From positions 64,001 through 128,000 of the forward strand of contig JBCCHT010000021.1 in the NCBI GenBank assembly GCA_039028615.1: DNA of 64,000 nucleotides, written 5' to 3'. Position numbers and translations under genes: made by a program. Below the pieces are notes generated by a model that saw only the letters and a list, made by a program, of their open reading frames with translations, had not been told where the DNA came from and made no database searches. Below, piece by piece: positions 32,283-41,991 of the stretch (its first letter is position 1; each line of letters opens with the position of its first letter). Source of the stretch: Myxococcota bacterium. Lineage in GTDB: Bacteria; Myxococcota_A; Polyangia; Nannocystales; Nannocystaceae.

Positions 32283-33629
32283 CTACCGGGTCGGGACGTC
32301 CGCTCCCGCGAAGTCGGGAGTTCCGTCGACGTCTGGCCGAGCGTCGATGTCGATGTCGGTCGTGGGATCGCCGCTGTGCCACACGGCCGTACCCGCGAAG
32401 ACCGTCGCCCCCAGCGGCGAGAGCAACAAGTCGTTGGAGGCGTAGTCCACGAACCAGGCCGGGTCCACCTCGCCCACGTTCGTGTTGTCGGGGCCCGCAT
32501 CGCCGTCCACTGCGTTGTCGACGATCGTCCCGCTGCAATCGATGGCATCCCCGGCGAGTTCGACCGAACCGACGATCGAGTTCCGAAGGTTGAGCTCGGA
32601 GCCCGCCTGGCACTCGATGGCGGGAATCATCCCGCTGCGCGCCACGATGGTCGAGTACCGCACCGTGGCGTTCGATGTGTTGTAGACCCCGATCGGGGAG
32701 TAGCCGCTGTCGTCGGCCACCATGGAATTTTGGACGACCAAGAGCGATGACTGATGGGCTTGGATCGCGCCGCCCGTGCTGTCGTTGCCAGTGATTCGCG
32801 CCCGTTCGATCCAGGCTCTGGCGTTGATGAGCGTGACGGCGGGGGACGTGTTGGCGCCGTTGTTCGAGACCTCGAGGCCATTGACGATGAGATCGCCCTC
32901 CACCACCCGCAGCTGGCTCCCGAGCTGCTCGCTGTAGGTCAGGCGTGGAGGGGTTGCGGCGTCGGGGTCTGCGACGAGGGCGACCGCCTTGCCATCGAAT
33001 ACGGGGCGCTCGTCGTAGTCGCCGGCCGCGACCACGATCGTCCCTCGTCCGAATACGGGAATGCGATCGACCGCCGCGCGGATCGACCCGAAGCTCGGAG
33101 TGCCTTCGCCGCCCACGTACGTGACCTGGTTGAGGCAATGCCCCGTGAAGAAGTTGCACGCCGCGAGGCCCGGGCAGTCGTCGTGGGAGTCGCAGCCGTA
33201 GCAGGAGCCCGTCTCGAGGTTGCAGCCCGCGGCGTCTTCCAGCTGACACGACGCATCCCCATCCTCGACGAGATCGCAGCCCCCACACTGCCCATCGACA
33301 CAGAACGGGTTCGCGGCCGTGCAGTCCTGGCTCCGACCCGAGGGGCTGGTGGGTGTGCAGGCGTCACCGTTTCCCCCGTCGGAGCCGGGGTCGGTGCCCT
33401 CGGTCGCGTCGCCGGTCGAGTCGACGCCATCGCCATCACTGGCCTCCGATGCGGTGTCAGTCGCGTCGCCGGTCGACCCCGTGGGGTTGGTGTCCGAGCT
33501 TCCCGTGGCAGCGTTGGGCATGCAGCCACCCGGCAGCACGACGAGCGAGCATGCGGCGAGCGCGAGCGCGAGTAGAGTCGGTCGTGCGGGGGCAAAGATG
33601 GGGTGCTGAGGTCTTCTGGGCTCGATCAT
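32283..33629 (-). CDS. lipoprotein with Cys-rich region and right-handed beta-helix
   Basis: Hydrophobic signal with LAAC/GGC; FGSIRAAVD..TIVVAAGDY; ITGNDSTGGAI; DIDIDARP..PDFAGAD tail. Confidence 0.8.
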   Translation of the reverse strand: MIEPRRPQHPIFAPARPTLLALALAACSLVVLPGGCMPNAATGSSDTNPTGSTGDATDTASEASDGDGVDSTGDATEGTDPGSDGGNGDACTPTSPSGRSQDCTAANPFCVDGQCGGCDLVEDGDASCQLEDAAGCNLETGSCYGCDSHDDCPGLAACNFFTGHCLNQVTYVGGEGTPSFGSIRAAVDRIPVFGRGTIVVAAGDYDERPVFDGKAVALVADPDAATPPRLTYSEQLGSQLRVVEGDLIVNGLEVSNNGANTSPAVTLINARAWIERARITGNDSTGGAIQAHQSSLLVVQNSMVADDSGYSPIGVYNTSNATVRYSTIVARSGMIPAIECQAGSELNLRNSIVGSVELAGDAIDCSGTIVDNAVDGDAGPDNTNVGEVDPAWFVDYASNDLLLSPLGATVFAGTAVWHSGDPTTDIDIDARPDVDGTPDFAGADVPTR

Positions 33630-33697
33630 GATGGTTCTGAGTCCGGTGGGGGCCCGGACCGCTCGCCGTAGCTGCGCGGGCTCGCGCCCGATCTGGC

Positions 33698-33722
33698 AGA
33701 CCCTCTCGGTGCCGGATGTGAC
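33698..33722 (-). promoter_or_regulatory. putative ECF promoter GTCACATC-N12-GGTCT
   Basis: One mismatch to the motif at 57453 and 61124; upstream of gene 33629. Confidence 0.5.
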
Positions 33723-33844
33723 CGGCAATCGGCCGAAAAATCGAAACGACGGAGCCGATGGGGGTCTCGCCTACGTCGTTCGCGCATTCAAAGAACCGTG
33801 AATGGAACCGGTGGAGGTCGGAGTTTTCTTAGGCGGTCCGCTCC

Positions 33845-34954
33845 TTGGGTCTGGCCCTGGTCCCCGCTGTGATGATCTCCGCCGGTTGTGATCTCGCCGA
33901 GAAGGACCAGGCCGATGCGGTCGTCGAGGTCCCCGAGGTCCGTGACGCCGTCGCGATCGACGAGCTGTGCGAGCTGGCGACCGAGCTGCGCTGTGCCGGT
34001 TCGGAGCTGTGCTGCTCCGAGTCCCCCTACGCCGACGTCGACGAGTGCATCGCGGAGTCATCCTGCGAGGACGTCCTGGGGGCCATTGCCGACAGCGACC
34101 TGGTGGCCGACGGCACGCTCGTCTACGACGCAGAGGCGGCCGCTTCGATGCTGCAGGACCTCTCCGACGCCACGGCCGAGTGCGGCGTCGAGTCTGCGGC
34201 CCCCGAGTTCGGCACGCTGTTCGTCGGTCATCGGCAAGACGGCGACGACTGCTCTCCCACCGATGACAGCGGCGCTCATCTGCTGTCGTGCGCTCCCGGG
34301 CTTGCCTGCGCGATTCAGGAGCACGACGGCGTGCAGACCCACCGTTGTCAGCCCGCCGCCGCCCTGACCACGACCGAGGGCGGCGTGGTCGAGCCCGAGT
34401 CTTCGTTCGACCTCACCGCGGACGCCCTGTACTGCGATGCGCCATCCGAGGCGGACGACGAGCCCCAGTTCCGCTCCGCGGGGGTCCCCGTGGCCATCGC
34501 CATCAAGACCCACGGCGTCCAGTACGCGGGCACCAGCGCGCCGATCACCGTCCACTTCGTCCGGGGGGGCACCAATGTCTACTACTCGTGCGAATTTCCC
34601 AACGGAGTGGGCCGGGACGCCGTCCAGTCCTGCCAGATCTCGTCGGTCATGGGGGCCAGCAGCAACTCCAGCTCGGATCGATTCTTCATCGAGAACCCCA
34701 GCGGCGACGGCATCGCAATCGACTCGGTCGTCGCCTGCATGTCCAACAGCGGTGCGCCGCCGTGTAGCTCGGTCAAGGTGGCCGCGCGGTTCGACAACGG
34801 CAACACGAACATGCTCAGGGACGTCATCCCCGGGGGCTTCGGCTGGTGGGACGACGCCTACGAGTACTTCTGGGTCGACGGTGACAACAGCGGCAACTGC
34901 AACATGGCCTTGGTCGACCACTCCAACGACAACACCGTCACTTGCGTAGGCTGA
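33845..34954 (+). CDS. Cys-rich lipoprotein with C-terminal PLAT/LH2-like domain (start uncertain)
   Basis: ISAGC lipobox; Cys-rich N-half; after QFR: IAIKTHGVQYAGTSAPITVHF...DGIAIDSVV. Confidence 0.7.
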   Translation: MGLALVPAVMISAGCDLAEKDQADAVVEVPEVRDAVAIDELCELATELRCAGSELCCSESPYADVDECIAESSCEDVLGAIADSDLVADGTLVYDAEAAASMLQDLSDATAECGVESAAPEFGTLFVGHRQDGDDCSPTDDSGAHLLSCAPGLACAIQEHDGVQTHRCQPAAALTTTEGGVVEPESSFDLTADALYCDAPSEADDEPQFRSAGVPVAIAIKTHGVQYAGTSAPITVHFVRGGTNVYYSCEFPNGVGRDAVQSCQISSVMGASSNSSSDRFFIENPSGDGIAIDSVVACMSNSGAPPCSSVKVAARFDNGNTNMLRDVIPGGFGWWDDAYEYFWVDGDNSGNCNMALVDHSNDNTVTCVG

Positions 34955-34958
34955 CACC

Positions 34959-35120
34959 ATGCTTCGCTCGTCCTTTCTCGCTCTCATCGCAGTATCGGCC
35001 GCGGGCCTGACCGCCTGGGACGTCGAGCAAGGCCACGATCTGCGCGGCGACGACATCATTGCCGACTTCGTGGGGGGCTGCGCCGATTTCTTCGAGCACT
35101 TCGCTGAGGGGGGCGGGTGA
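34959..35120 (+). CDS. 53-aa putative exported peptide or lipoprotein remnant
   Basis: MLRSSFLALIAVSAAGLTAWDVEQGHDLRGDDIIADFVGGCADFFEHFAEGGG*; 4 nt after the upstream stop; below the ORF-track cutoff. Confidence 0.45.
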   Translation: MLRSSFLALIAVSAAGLTAWDVEQGHDLRGDDIIADFVGGCADFFEHFAEGGG

Positions 35121-35207
35121 ATGCTCGCGCTGGGCCGAAGCCGAATCCCGCGGGTTTGTGACGACTCCGAGCGACTCTCGGGGACCGCGGGGGCATAATG
35201 AAGCCCG

Positions 35208-35876
35208 ATGCCTCGCCGCCTCCCGGAACTTTGCGCTGCGCTCGCGGGCTCGATCGCGGCGGCATGCGGCCCGTCGATATCGCTCGACGAGGACGGCACG
35301 GGCACCGGGGGAAGGCAGGGATCCACGTCCACGCCGCCCGTGACCGCCGAGGGGGCTGATACCTCCGACGGTGGCTCGGGGACGGACCTGCCGCCCCAGC
35401 TCTGTGAACCCGACGCGACGGTCTGCGACGGCTCGGAGTACGGCACGTGGCGACTGTCGAGCGTGGACACGCAGGTCGTCGCCCATCTCTACCTGTGGCC
35501 CTCCGACTTGCCGGGGCAGCGGGAGTTCGTGTCGCGATGGTTCATCGAAGACGAGGAGATCGACTACTGCAGTCGCAATGGTCGCTACCTGGGGTTGGGC
35601 GATCTCGACGACACGTTCGTCCTCCAGACCGACGGCATGGGGGGAACCAATCTCGAGCAGTGTGGCGGTTCCCCGGGGGCGCACAACCTGAACCTCGAGT
35701 TCTCCCGTTTGCCCGATTGCGAGGGCGAAGTGCTCGTGTTGACGGCGACGGACTCGAATGGAGCGTCGCTGTACACGTTCGAAGGGCACGCCGTGCACTG
35801 CGGCTGCGAGACGGACTACGACCCGTATTCCGGCAGTGGCGAGCAGATCCCCACCGACGGTTGCCTGAGCCCCTGA
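35208..35876 (+). CDS. hypothetical Cys-containing lipoprotein
   Basis: IAAAC lipobox, S/T/G linker, acidic domain. Confidence 0.75.
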   Translation: MPRRLPELCAALAGSIAAACGPSISLDEDGTGTGGRQGSTSTPPVTAEGADTSDGGSGTDLPPQLCEPDATVCDGSEYGTWRLSSVDTQVVAHLYLWPSDLPGQREFVSRWFIEDEEIDYCSRNGRYLGLGDLDDTFVLQTDGMGGTNLEQCGGSPGAHNLNLEFSRLPDCEGEVLVLTATDSNGASLYTFEGHAVHCGCETDYDPYSGSGEQIPTDGCLSP

Positions 35877-35903
35877 CCGAGGCGGCACGAGCCGGAGGGC
35901 AAT

Positions 35904-36944
35904 CTAGTCTCCGCACGTCACGGCGGAGAGCAGCTCGTACGAGAACCCGGAGCCCATCCAGATCTCCCCGAACTCGAACTCCGGCTGCTGTGTCGCCAAC
36001 GCAACTGCGAGCCCGTGCTCGGGGAGGATGAAGTTGCGGGCCTGGTACGCCCCGATGGCTCCGCGCCGTTCGATGATCCGAACCGGCTCGTTGCACCCCT
36101 GCAGCTTCGCCTCGAATGACCACTGTCCCAACGCCATGAAGCCGAGTCGTGGCTGCCCACGCCACAGCTCATCCCTCGCCTCGGCGCTCACCAGTCGGCC
36201 CTCGACCAGCGCGGCGTCGAAGCGGAGCATGTCTCGCAGCGGGCCGACGATCGCCCCGGAAGCTCCGTAGCGCCCGAGCCGTGCGTGGCCGTCGATGTCC
36301 GAGGATCCGGGAGCATCGCCGATGAAACTCGTGGACTGGAGCGCGGCCGGTTTTGCGATGGTCTCGGTAAATAGGGTCGAGAGGTCACGACCCGTAGCCC
36401 GCTCGAGAAGCTCTCCGAGGACGACGTAGTCGCAGTTGTTGTAGGCCCACTCTTCCGCAGCGGGAGCCGTGCGTTCCTTCAAGCACCAACCGAGTCCCGT
36501 CGGGCCATCGGTGTAATACGACGGAATCCCGTCGGCATCGGGAGGGCTGTCGTCGGGGTCGCGTAGGCCCGACTGGTGCTGGAGGAGCTGGCGTACGGTG
36601 GGGGCAGGGGGGACGCCCCCGAGCTCGTCGATGTGGTCCGAGGCCGGGGCATCGAGCTGGAGGCGGCCCGCTTCGACCTGTTGCATCACCATGGTCGCGA
36701 TGACCTGCTTGGTGACCGACGCCCACGGCCACATGCGCTCGGGCTCGGCCTCCTGCAGCACTTCGAACGTTGCCGGCCCACGGAGGAGCACGATGTCTCC
36801 CTCGAATTCGGTGCTCCAGCGCGGTGCTTCGGAAGCTGACGCCGAACTCTCGGCGGGTGGCGTCGCGGTGGAGGGCTCGACGAGCCGCGGAGCGCAGGCG
36901 GGACCGGCGAACAGCAGGAGACAGAGCCCGTACGGCCTGGACAT
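35904..36944 (-). CDS. serine hydrolase, beta-lactamase class C-like lipoprotein
   Basis: ASVTK (SxxK), [15 protein letters not shown] (YxN), [10 protein letters not shown]. Confidence 0.9.
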   Translation of the reverse strand: MSRPYGLCLLLFAGPACAPRLVEPSTATPPAESSASASEAPRWSTEFEGDIVLLRGPATFEVLQEAEPERMWPWASVTKQVIATMVMQQVEAGRLQLDAPASDHIDELGGVPPAPTVRQLLQHQSGLRDPDDSPPDADGIPSYYTDGPTGLGWCLKERTAPAAEEWAYNNCDYVVLGELLERATGRDLSTLFTETIAKPAALQSTSFIGDAPGSSDIDGHARLGRYGASGAIVGPLRDMLRFDAALVEGRLVSAEARDELWRGQPRLGFMALGQWSFEAKLQGCNEPVRIIERRGAIGAYQARNFILPEHGLAVALATQQPEFEFGEIWMGSGFSYELLSAVTCGD

Positions 36945-37082
36945 CGGGCTAGAGGATAAACCCACGAACGGCCGAGCACGACGGTTGCCGCGACGCATCG
37001 TGCACCTCCTCGGGCGGCTCACTCGGCCTGGCTCGGCGTGCACGACGAAGAGTGTTCGACGCGACGAGGCCGAGTCGCACAG

Positions 37083-37119
37083 ACGCCCGCGACGGCCGTC
37101 TCGGGCCGGTCGCGGGCGT
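37083..37119 (-). terminator. GC-rich hairpin downstream of gene 37140
   Basis: ACGCCCGCGAC-GGCC..GGCC-g-GTCGCGGGCGT inverted repeat. Confidence 0.4.
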
Positions 37120-37139
37120 TGTCGGGTCCGAAGGGGCGA

Positions 37140-37478
37140 TCAGTCCAGGTCGTCGTGGTGGGTGACGCCACAGTCCCACTCATCGCCGGTGTTCGCGTTT
37201 TTCTCGCAAGACACCAGCCAGTCGCCGATCCAGCAGCCGACGTTGCCGGGGTAGTCCCAGCAGCTGAACTCCGCGTAGTCGTCCGCCGCCAGCCGATCGA
37301 AGGTGGCCTGGCTTCCCGTCACATGGACGTAGGCGCCCTCGATCGCGGCGGCTTCGTAGCGATCGAAGTCGGTGAATTCGACATTGCTCTTGGGGACCTC
37401 GGTCCCCGACTTGTCGGCGGCTGGCTCCGGCGAGAGCAACGATAGACCGGCCAGCAGATGAACGATGAGCAGATTCAT
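37140..37478 (-). CDS. small secreted protein with four Cys
   Basis: MNLLIVHLLAGLSLL signal; coding-like codon use; C-terminal CWD..GCW..SC..WDC. Confidence 0.75.
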   Translation of the reverse strand: MNLLIVHLLAGLSLLSPEPAADKSGTEVPKSNVEFTDFDRYEAAAIEGAYVHVTGSQATFDRLAADDYAEFSCWDYPGNVGCWIGDWLVSCEKNANTGDEWDCGVTHHDDLD

Positions 37479-37530
37479 GATTCGGTTTCTTTCTCGGGAG
37501 GAACCTCTCGATTTGGGCTCCTGCCCTCGA

Positions 37531-37558
37531 AGACGCCCGACCCCCGCCCCCGGATCAC
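37531..37558 (-). promoter_or_regulatory. putative ECF promoter GTGATCC-N15-GCGTCT
   Basis: Upstream of ATG 37478; CGTC-type -10 is typical of ECF promoters. Confidence 0.45.
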
Positions 37559-37617
37559 GAAGACCGAAAAAAACCGGCGCGCGAACTTCGATGAGCGATT
37601 TCACCGCTCGCGGGGCG

Positions 37618-37974
37618 TCAGCCTGCGATGAACGTACAAGTGTAGGGCTGGGCCGAGTCGGGCGCGCTGGCGCGGGAGCCGGCGACGAGCTCGGTGCCCT
37701 CGAAGACGATCTCGAGGAGTCCGACCACCGAGCCGACGCGATGGACGAATCGACTGCCATCGCAGCTCATGCTGTCGCCGAACTGAGGGCTGTACTCGGC
37801 CGTCGAGGTGAGCACGGTGTCGCTGTCGAACCTCACCATGCCGTTGGTGTCCAGGCTGACCTCGTAGGCGCTGCCCGGGGTGAACGGCGCGTTCTCGGCT
37901 CCCTCCGAGGCTGTCTCGGAGGGCTGCGAACGTCGCCACCCTAACCGTCGATCACACCCGAGAGGCCCAATCAA
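37618..37974 (-). CDS. hypothetical protein or gene remnant
   Basis: 3' two-thirds looks coding (YEVSLDTNGMVRF...YTCTFIAG); 5' end does not. Confidence 0.4.
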   Translation of the reverse strand: MIGPLGCDRRLGWRRSQPSETASEGAENAPFTPGSAYEVSLDTNGMVRFDSDTVLTSTAEYSPQFGDSMSCDGSRFVHRVGSVVGLLEIVFEGTELVAGSRASAPDSAQPYTCTFIAG

Positions 37975-38128
37975 GTAGTGCTAGACGTCGACTTCGCATG
38001 CCGCCAGTCTCACGCCTCCGCTCAGCGCCTCGCGACGCGCTCGGCGTGACCTAGGAGTGAGCGATCGGATACGGCGGCTGCGGTGTTCAATGAACATGTC
38101 GAGCGAACCAACGTCGCCGGGCATTCGT

Positions 38129-39178
38129 TCATCGCGAACGATAGGGGTCGAAGCGCTCCGTGCTCTGACGACGTTTGTTCATGGCCAGCAGCTCGGCCTC
38201 GGTGTAGCGCTCGTCGCTGTGCTCGGGGATCAAGGTGACGATGAACTCGATGATCTGGGCGCGTGCTCGCGTGCCAGCGTTCGCGCGGAGCTCATCGATC
38301 TGAGAGCGTGCGCCGTCACTGAAGTCGCCGAGGTCGACCGCGATGGTCTCTTCGCATTCGTCCCAGCGTTCGAAAATGAGAATACGACGACGGTGGGGCG
38401 GTCGATGGCTCCGCCAGATGGCGAGGAGGTCTTGCTGCAGCGCGGCGAGCTGACGGGAGATATTGGCGCGGGCAAAGGAGGTGGCTCGCTTCAGGCGCAT
38501 GTCCCAGGTCTTGGCCAGCAGGTCCTTCTTCTGATTCAGCCAACACGGTCCTCGACGACAGGGAGTGAGCGGAGGATCGCTGAAGTGCACGCGGCCGTCT
38601 GGGAGCAGCTCCGCGGTCCAGGCCGCCTTCGGGTTGGGGTTGCGATAGATCCATCGCCCGCCTTTGGCCCGCCGAAAGCCGGCGTCTTGGGGAGTCCGAA
38701 TGACCCCGTCGTCGCGGGGGGATGGACGCGGAGTCGGGGTGCGGAACGAGGGGCTCAGTCGGGGGCTCGTTCGTCCGGCATCCGACCGCGAGTGGCCGCG
38801 CAGCGCCAGCGACACACCAGGTGCTTCGGGACCGCCCGAGGCCTGCTCCGCCGTCGATGCTTCGGTGGGGGCGGGCGTCGGTCCGGGCTCGACGCTCACC
38901 TCCGAGCGAGGCCCCGACGCACGGCGGCGAGTGTTTCGAGGTCGCCTCCGCGTCGCGACCCTGGTCTCCGAGGCCTCTCCGCCCTCGGGGGCCGTCGATT
39001 CGGTGGCCGCGGCCTCGACGACCTCCGGCGTGGGAACCCGAGGCATGGTGATGAGTTCGATGGCGGTATGGCGCGGCTGGTACCGAGTCGGTGGTGGCGT
39101 CTCGGGTATCGCCCACAGCCCGAGGAACACCGCGCCATGCAGTGCGACCGAAACGAGCAATGTGCGGCGAGTGGCCAC
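38129..39178 (-). CDS. membrane-anchored protein with TonB-like N-terminus and conserved myxobacterial C-terminal domain
   Basis: LLVSVALHGAVFLGL (SxxxH anchor); Pro-rich linker; RRRILIFERWDECEE...AR..IIEFI..YTEAEL..N..R..FDPY. Confidence 0.75.
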   Translation of the reverse strand: MATRRTLLVSVALHGAVFLGLWAIPETPPPTRYQPRHTAIELITMPRVPTPEVVEAAATESTAPEGGEASETRVATRRRPRNTRRRASGPRSEVSVEPGPTPAPTEASTAEQASGGPEAPGVSLALRGHSRSDAGRTSPRLSPSFRTPTPRPSPRDDGVIRTPQDAGFRRAKGGRWIYRNPNPKAAWTAELLPDGRVHFSDPPLTPCRRGPCWLNQKKDLLAKTWDMRLKRATSFARANISRQLAALQQDLLAIWRSHRPPHRRRILIFERWDECEETIAVDLGDFSDGARSQIDELRANAGTRARAQIIEFIVTLIPEHSDERYTEAELLAMNKRRQSTERFDPYRSR

Positions 39179-39342
39179 AGGACGACCATGGTGCCTCACG
39201 CGGTGCCGCTGCGTGCAGCCCGGTGGTACGGACACACCGTCGTCCGTTGGAGCCCCCGTCTGCGGGGGTCGATGCCCTCGACTCGGCGGGCGTCAATCGA
39301 GCCGTGCCGGGTCGATGAGGCGGGCAGATCGCCTCCTCGGGC

Positions 39343-39936
39343 TCAGTCGCAAACCGGCGCGGCTCGGGGACCCAAGTCGGCCCATTGGAGAGCACCGTCG
39401 GGATTGCCCCAGCGCTCGTTGGTGTAGGACTCGAGGTCGACGAGAGCATCGGCACCACCCTGATTCGCCGAGCAGCATCCGTTGCAGTCCTGGTCGCTGC
39501 AGGTGTCGATGACGTTGACGATCATGACCTCGTCGGCGGTGCGGATGCAGATCTCGTGGTGGGCGAGGTTTCCGTAGAGGGGATAGACGGCGGCGATGTT
39601 GGTGTCCGCCACCCATGCCTCGGGTCGCTGGTCGCCGCACCCGGCGAACAGGCCCGCCCACTGACAGCCGTTGTACACCTCGCACTCGACGCTGCCCGGT
39701 TCGGGGTAGGAGATGTAGTGGGTCTTGTGGCCCGTGTTCCATTCGAGGTCCGCGGCACCGCAACGCTCGAGAGCGTCCGCGCTGTTGACCCCGAGCTCGT
39801 CGGACGTGGCTGGTTCGTCGGGGAGGCCCGGCTCGGCCGAGGACTGCCCCACGTCGCACGCCGAGGCACCGAGTCCGACGAGCGCCAAAAACCACGACAG
39901 CTGGAGACTCGGCGCAGGCATCACCATTTCATACAT
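39343..39936 (-). CDS. lipoprotein with double-psi beta-barrel (RlpA/expansin/barwin-like) domain
   Basis: LGASAC lipobox; NIAAV...IVNVIDTCSDQDC...LVDL. Confidence 0.7.
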   Translation of the reverse strand: MYEMVMPAPSLQLSWFLALVGLGASACDVGQSSAEPGLPDEPATSDELGVNSADALERCGAADLEWNTGHKTHYISYPEPGSVECEVYNGCQWAGLFAGCGDQRPEAWVADTNIAAVYPLYGNLAHHEICIRTADEVMIVNVIDTCSDQDCNGCCSANQGGADALVDLESYTNERWGNPDGALQWADLGPRAAPVCD

Positions 39937-40130
39937 ATCCGGCGGCGGACCGCGGGTGGCGGATATTCTTCGATTGGTGGATGGTTTGTGTTGTTGGGTG
40001 GCCTGGCGACCCGGACGCCTGATCCACCGCGCGCCGCCTGATCGGCGTATCCACTAGTAATCTCGGTGGCTTAGGTCGCATCGCGCTCGCGCCGTGCGCA
40101 CGACGAGGCACACGGCGGTCGGCTTGCTGC

Positions 40131-40844
40131 TCACAGACACTCTTTGTCGAGGCAGCAGCCCCAGCTGTCGTCCTGCACCGACGACACGATGCCCGTCGCG
40201 TCGAATTCGATCTGGGATCCATCGTCGGCGGTCATGCGGGCGTTCAGGGTCATGGTGGCGCCGTCGAGCACGGTGAGGTCTGCGATTTCGTCCGGGGGAA
40301 ACACGATGATGCGGTTGTTGACCGAGAGGCCGCCGTCGTTCTCCTCGCAGCCCACGTAGACCGGGTAGGCGGGGTTGTCGAAGAAGTGCCCGCCGGGCCC
40401 GACGTTGAAGCCCTCGACGTCGAGGGTGAGCCCGAAGTTCACTTCTTCGCCGGCTGGGTTCACGCCACCGACGTCGACCCGAAAGTCGATCATGAACGAA
40501 CCCTGACCGCCGCAGACGAGGCGCAAGGTCGCGTCGGCAGGGGGTAGGTCGCTGCCTCCGTGACGCAGCACGAAGAACGGCGTCTCGCTGTCTTCCACGC
40601 CGCACAGCTCGGGGCCGCCCGTGGTCGCGGAGGGAGGCTCGCTCCCGGTGGAGTCGTCGGCCCCGCTCGTCGACGCTGCGCTGGTCGGGGTCGGTGAGCC
40701 CGTGTCCTCCGAGTCGGAGGTCGTGGCTTGCCCCGTGTCGGTGGCGGCCGGGCTTCCGCTCGCCGTGCTCCCGTCGTCTCCACAGCCGAAGCTCAGCGCC
40801 GCGAGGAGCACGACCCCGGAGCGTAGTGGGCTTGCTATCGTCAT
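40131..40844 (-). CDS. hypothetical lipoprotein
   Basis: ALSFGC lipobox; S/T linker; LVCGGQGSFMI domain. Confidence 0.75.
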   Translation of the reverse strand: MTIASPLRSGVVLLAALSFGCGDDGSTASGSPAATDTGQATTSDSEDTGSPTPTSAASTSGADDSTGSEPPSATTGGPELCGVEDSETPFFVLRHGGSDLPPADATLRLVCGGQGSFMIDFRVDVGGVNPAGEEVNFGLTLDVEGFNVGPGGHFFDNPAYPVYVGCEENDGGLSVNNRIIVFPPDEIADLTVLDGATMTLNARMTADDGSQIEFDATGIVSSVQDDSWGCCLDKECL

Positions 40845-40863
40845 CGTCCTAGTAGGCCAAGTC

Positions 40864-41982
40864 ATGCATCTACGCTGCCGTGTGCGGAACAATCTCGCAA
40901 GTGCTCACTTCACGTGGGCTTACCCGATGCTGCTCGTCGGGTGCGTCGCTTGCGGGGATTCGAGCTCGTCCACGCCGACCCCGGACACGGTGACCGGCTC
41001 GACCACGGTGGCCAGCGGAACGACCGTCGGTGAACCCGAGACCGCCGTATCGCTCGACGACACCTCCAGCGCAGACCGCGGATGGGTCGAGGAGCCGGGC
41101 ATCGACGGCGCCTGGGGGGCGTTCTACTCGGTGTGGGGTCCAACCCCCGACGACCTGTGGATCGCGGGCGGACGCGTCTTCGACGATGGGACCTCCGAAG
41201 GAGTGCTCGTCCACGGCGACGGGTCGACATGGGCGCGCGAAAAGCTCGACCCCTCGACGCCCGTCCTGAGCTGGATCGGCCCCGCGGGCGACGACGTGTG
41301 GGTGGTGGGAGCGGACGGCACCTGCCTGCGGCGAGAAGGCGGAGACTGGGTGCGGCACGAGACCGACGACCCGCGGCGGCTGTGGGGGGTGTGGGGCGCG
41401 GCCGAGGACGACGTGTGGGCGGTGGGAGGCAACGGCATCGACGACGTCCCGGCGCTTCTCCACTTCGACGGCGCGCAGTGGTCCGAACAGGCGCTACCCG
41501 AGCTCGACGGCAACGCCTTGTTCAAGGTGTGGGGCCGAAGGGGCGATGACGTGTGGGTCGTCGGCGATGGCGGGATCGTGCTGCACTACGACGGCGATGC
41601 CTGGACATCGATTGCCAACGAGTCGGTCGCCGATCTCATCGGTGTCCATGGATCCGGGGAGGTGCTGCTCACCGTGGGCGGGCGAGCCAATGGCCGCGTC
41701 GCCCAGCTGACCGCGGCCGGAGCCGAGGGCGAGACCCTGGTTGTCCCCGGCCTCGCGGGGGTTTGGGTCGACTCAGCCGGCCGCGCGACGGTGGCCGGAG
41801 ACCTGGGAACGCTGGGGACCCTCGAGCCGGGCGCCTCCACCATCGAGCTTTACGAGACCAACACGATCCTGCTGTTCCACGCCGTGCATGGCTTCGATGG
41901 CGGGCCGCGATGGGCTGTGGGCGGAGACCTCGTCGACGCGGCTCCGTCCTTCGGAATCGTGCTACGTCACGACTCTCCTTGA
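40864..41982 (+). CDS. beta-propeller repeat lipoprotein (VWG..DDVWAVG repeats)
   Basis: CVAC lipobox; repeated VWGxxxDDVWxVG..G..LHxDGxxW. Confidence 0.85.
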   Translation: MHLRCRVRNNLASAHFTWAYPMLLVGCVACGDSSSSTPTPDTVTGSTTVASGTTVGEPETAVSLDDTSSADRGWVEEPGIDGAWGAFYSVWGPTPDDLWIAGGRVFDDGTSEGVLVHGDGSTWAREKLDPSTPVLSWIGPAGDDVWVVGADGTCLRREGGDWVRHETDDPRRLWGVWGAAEDDVWAVGGNGIDDVPALLHFDGAQWSEQALPELDGNALFKVWGRRGDDVWVVGDGGIVLHYDGDAWTSIANESVADLIGVHGSGEVLLTVGGRANGRVAQLTAAGAEGETLVVPGLAGVWVDSAGRATVAGDLGTLGTLEPGASTIELYETNTILLFHAVHGFDGGPRWAVGGDLVDAAPSFGIVLRHDSP

Positions 41983-41991
41983 GAGACGGGG

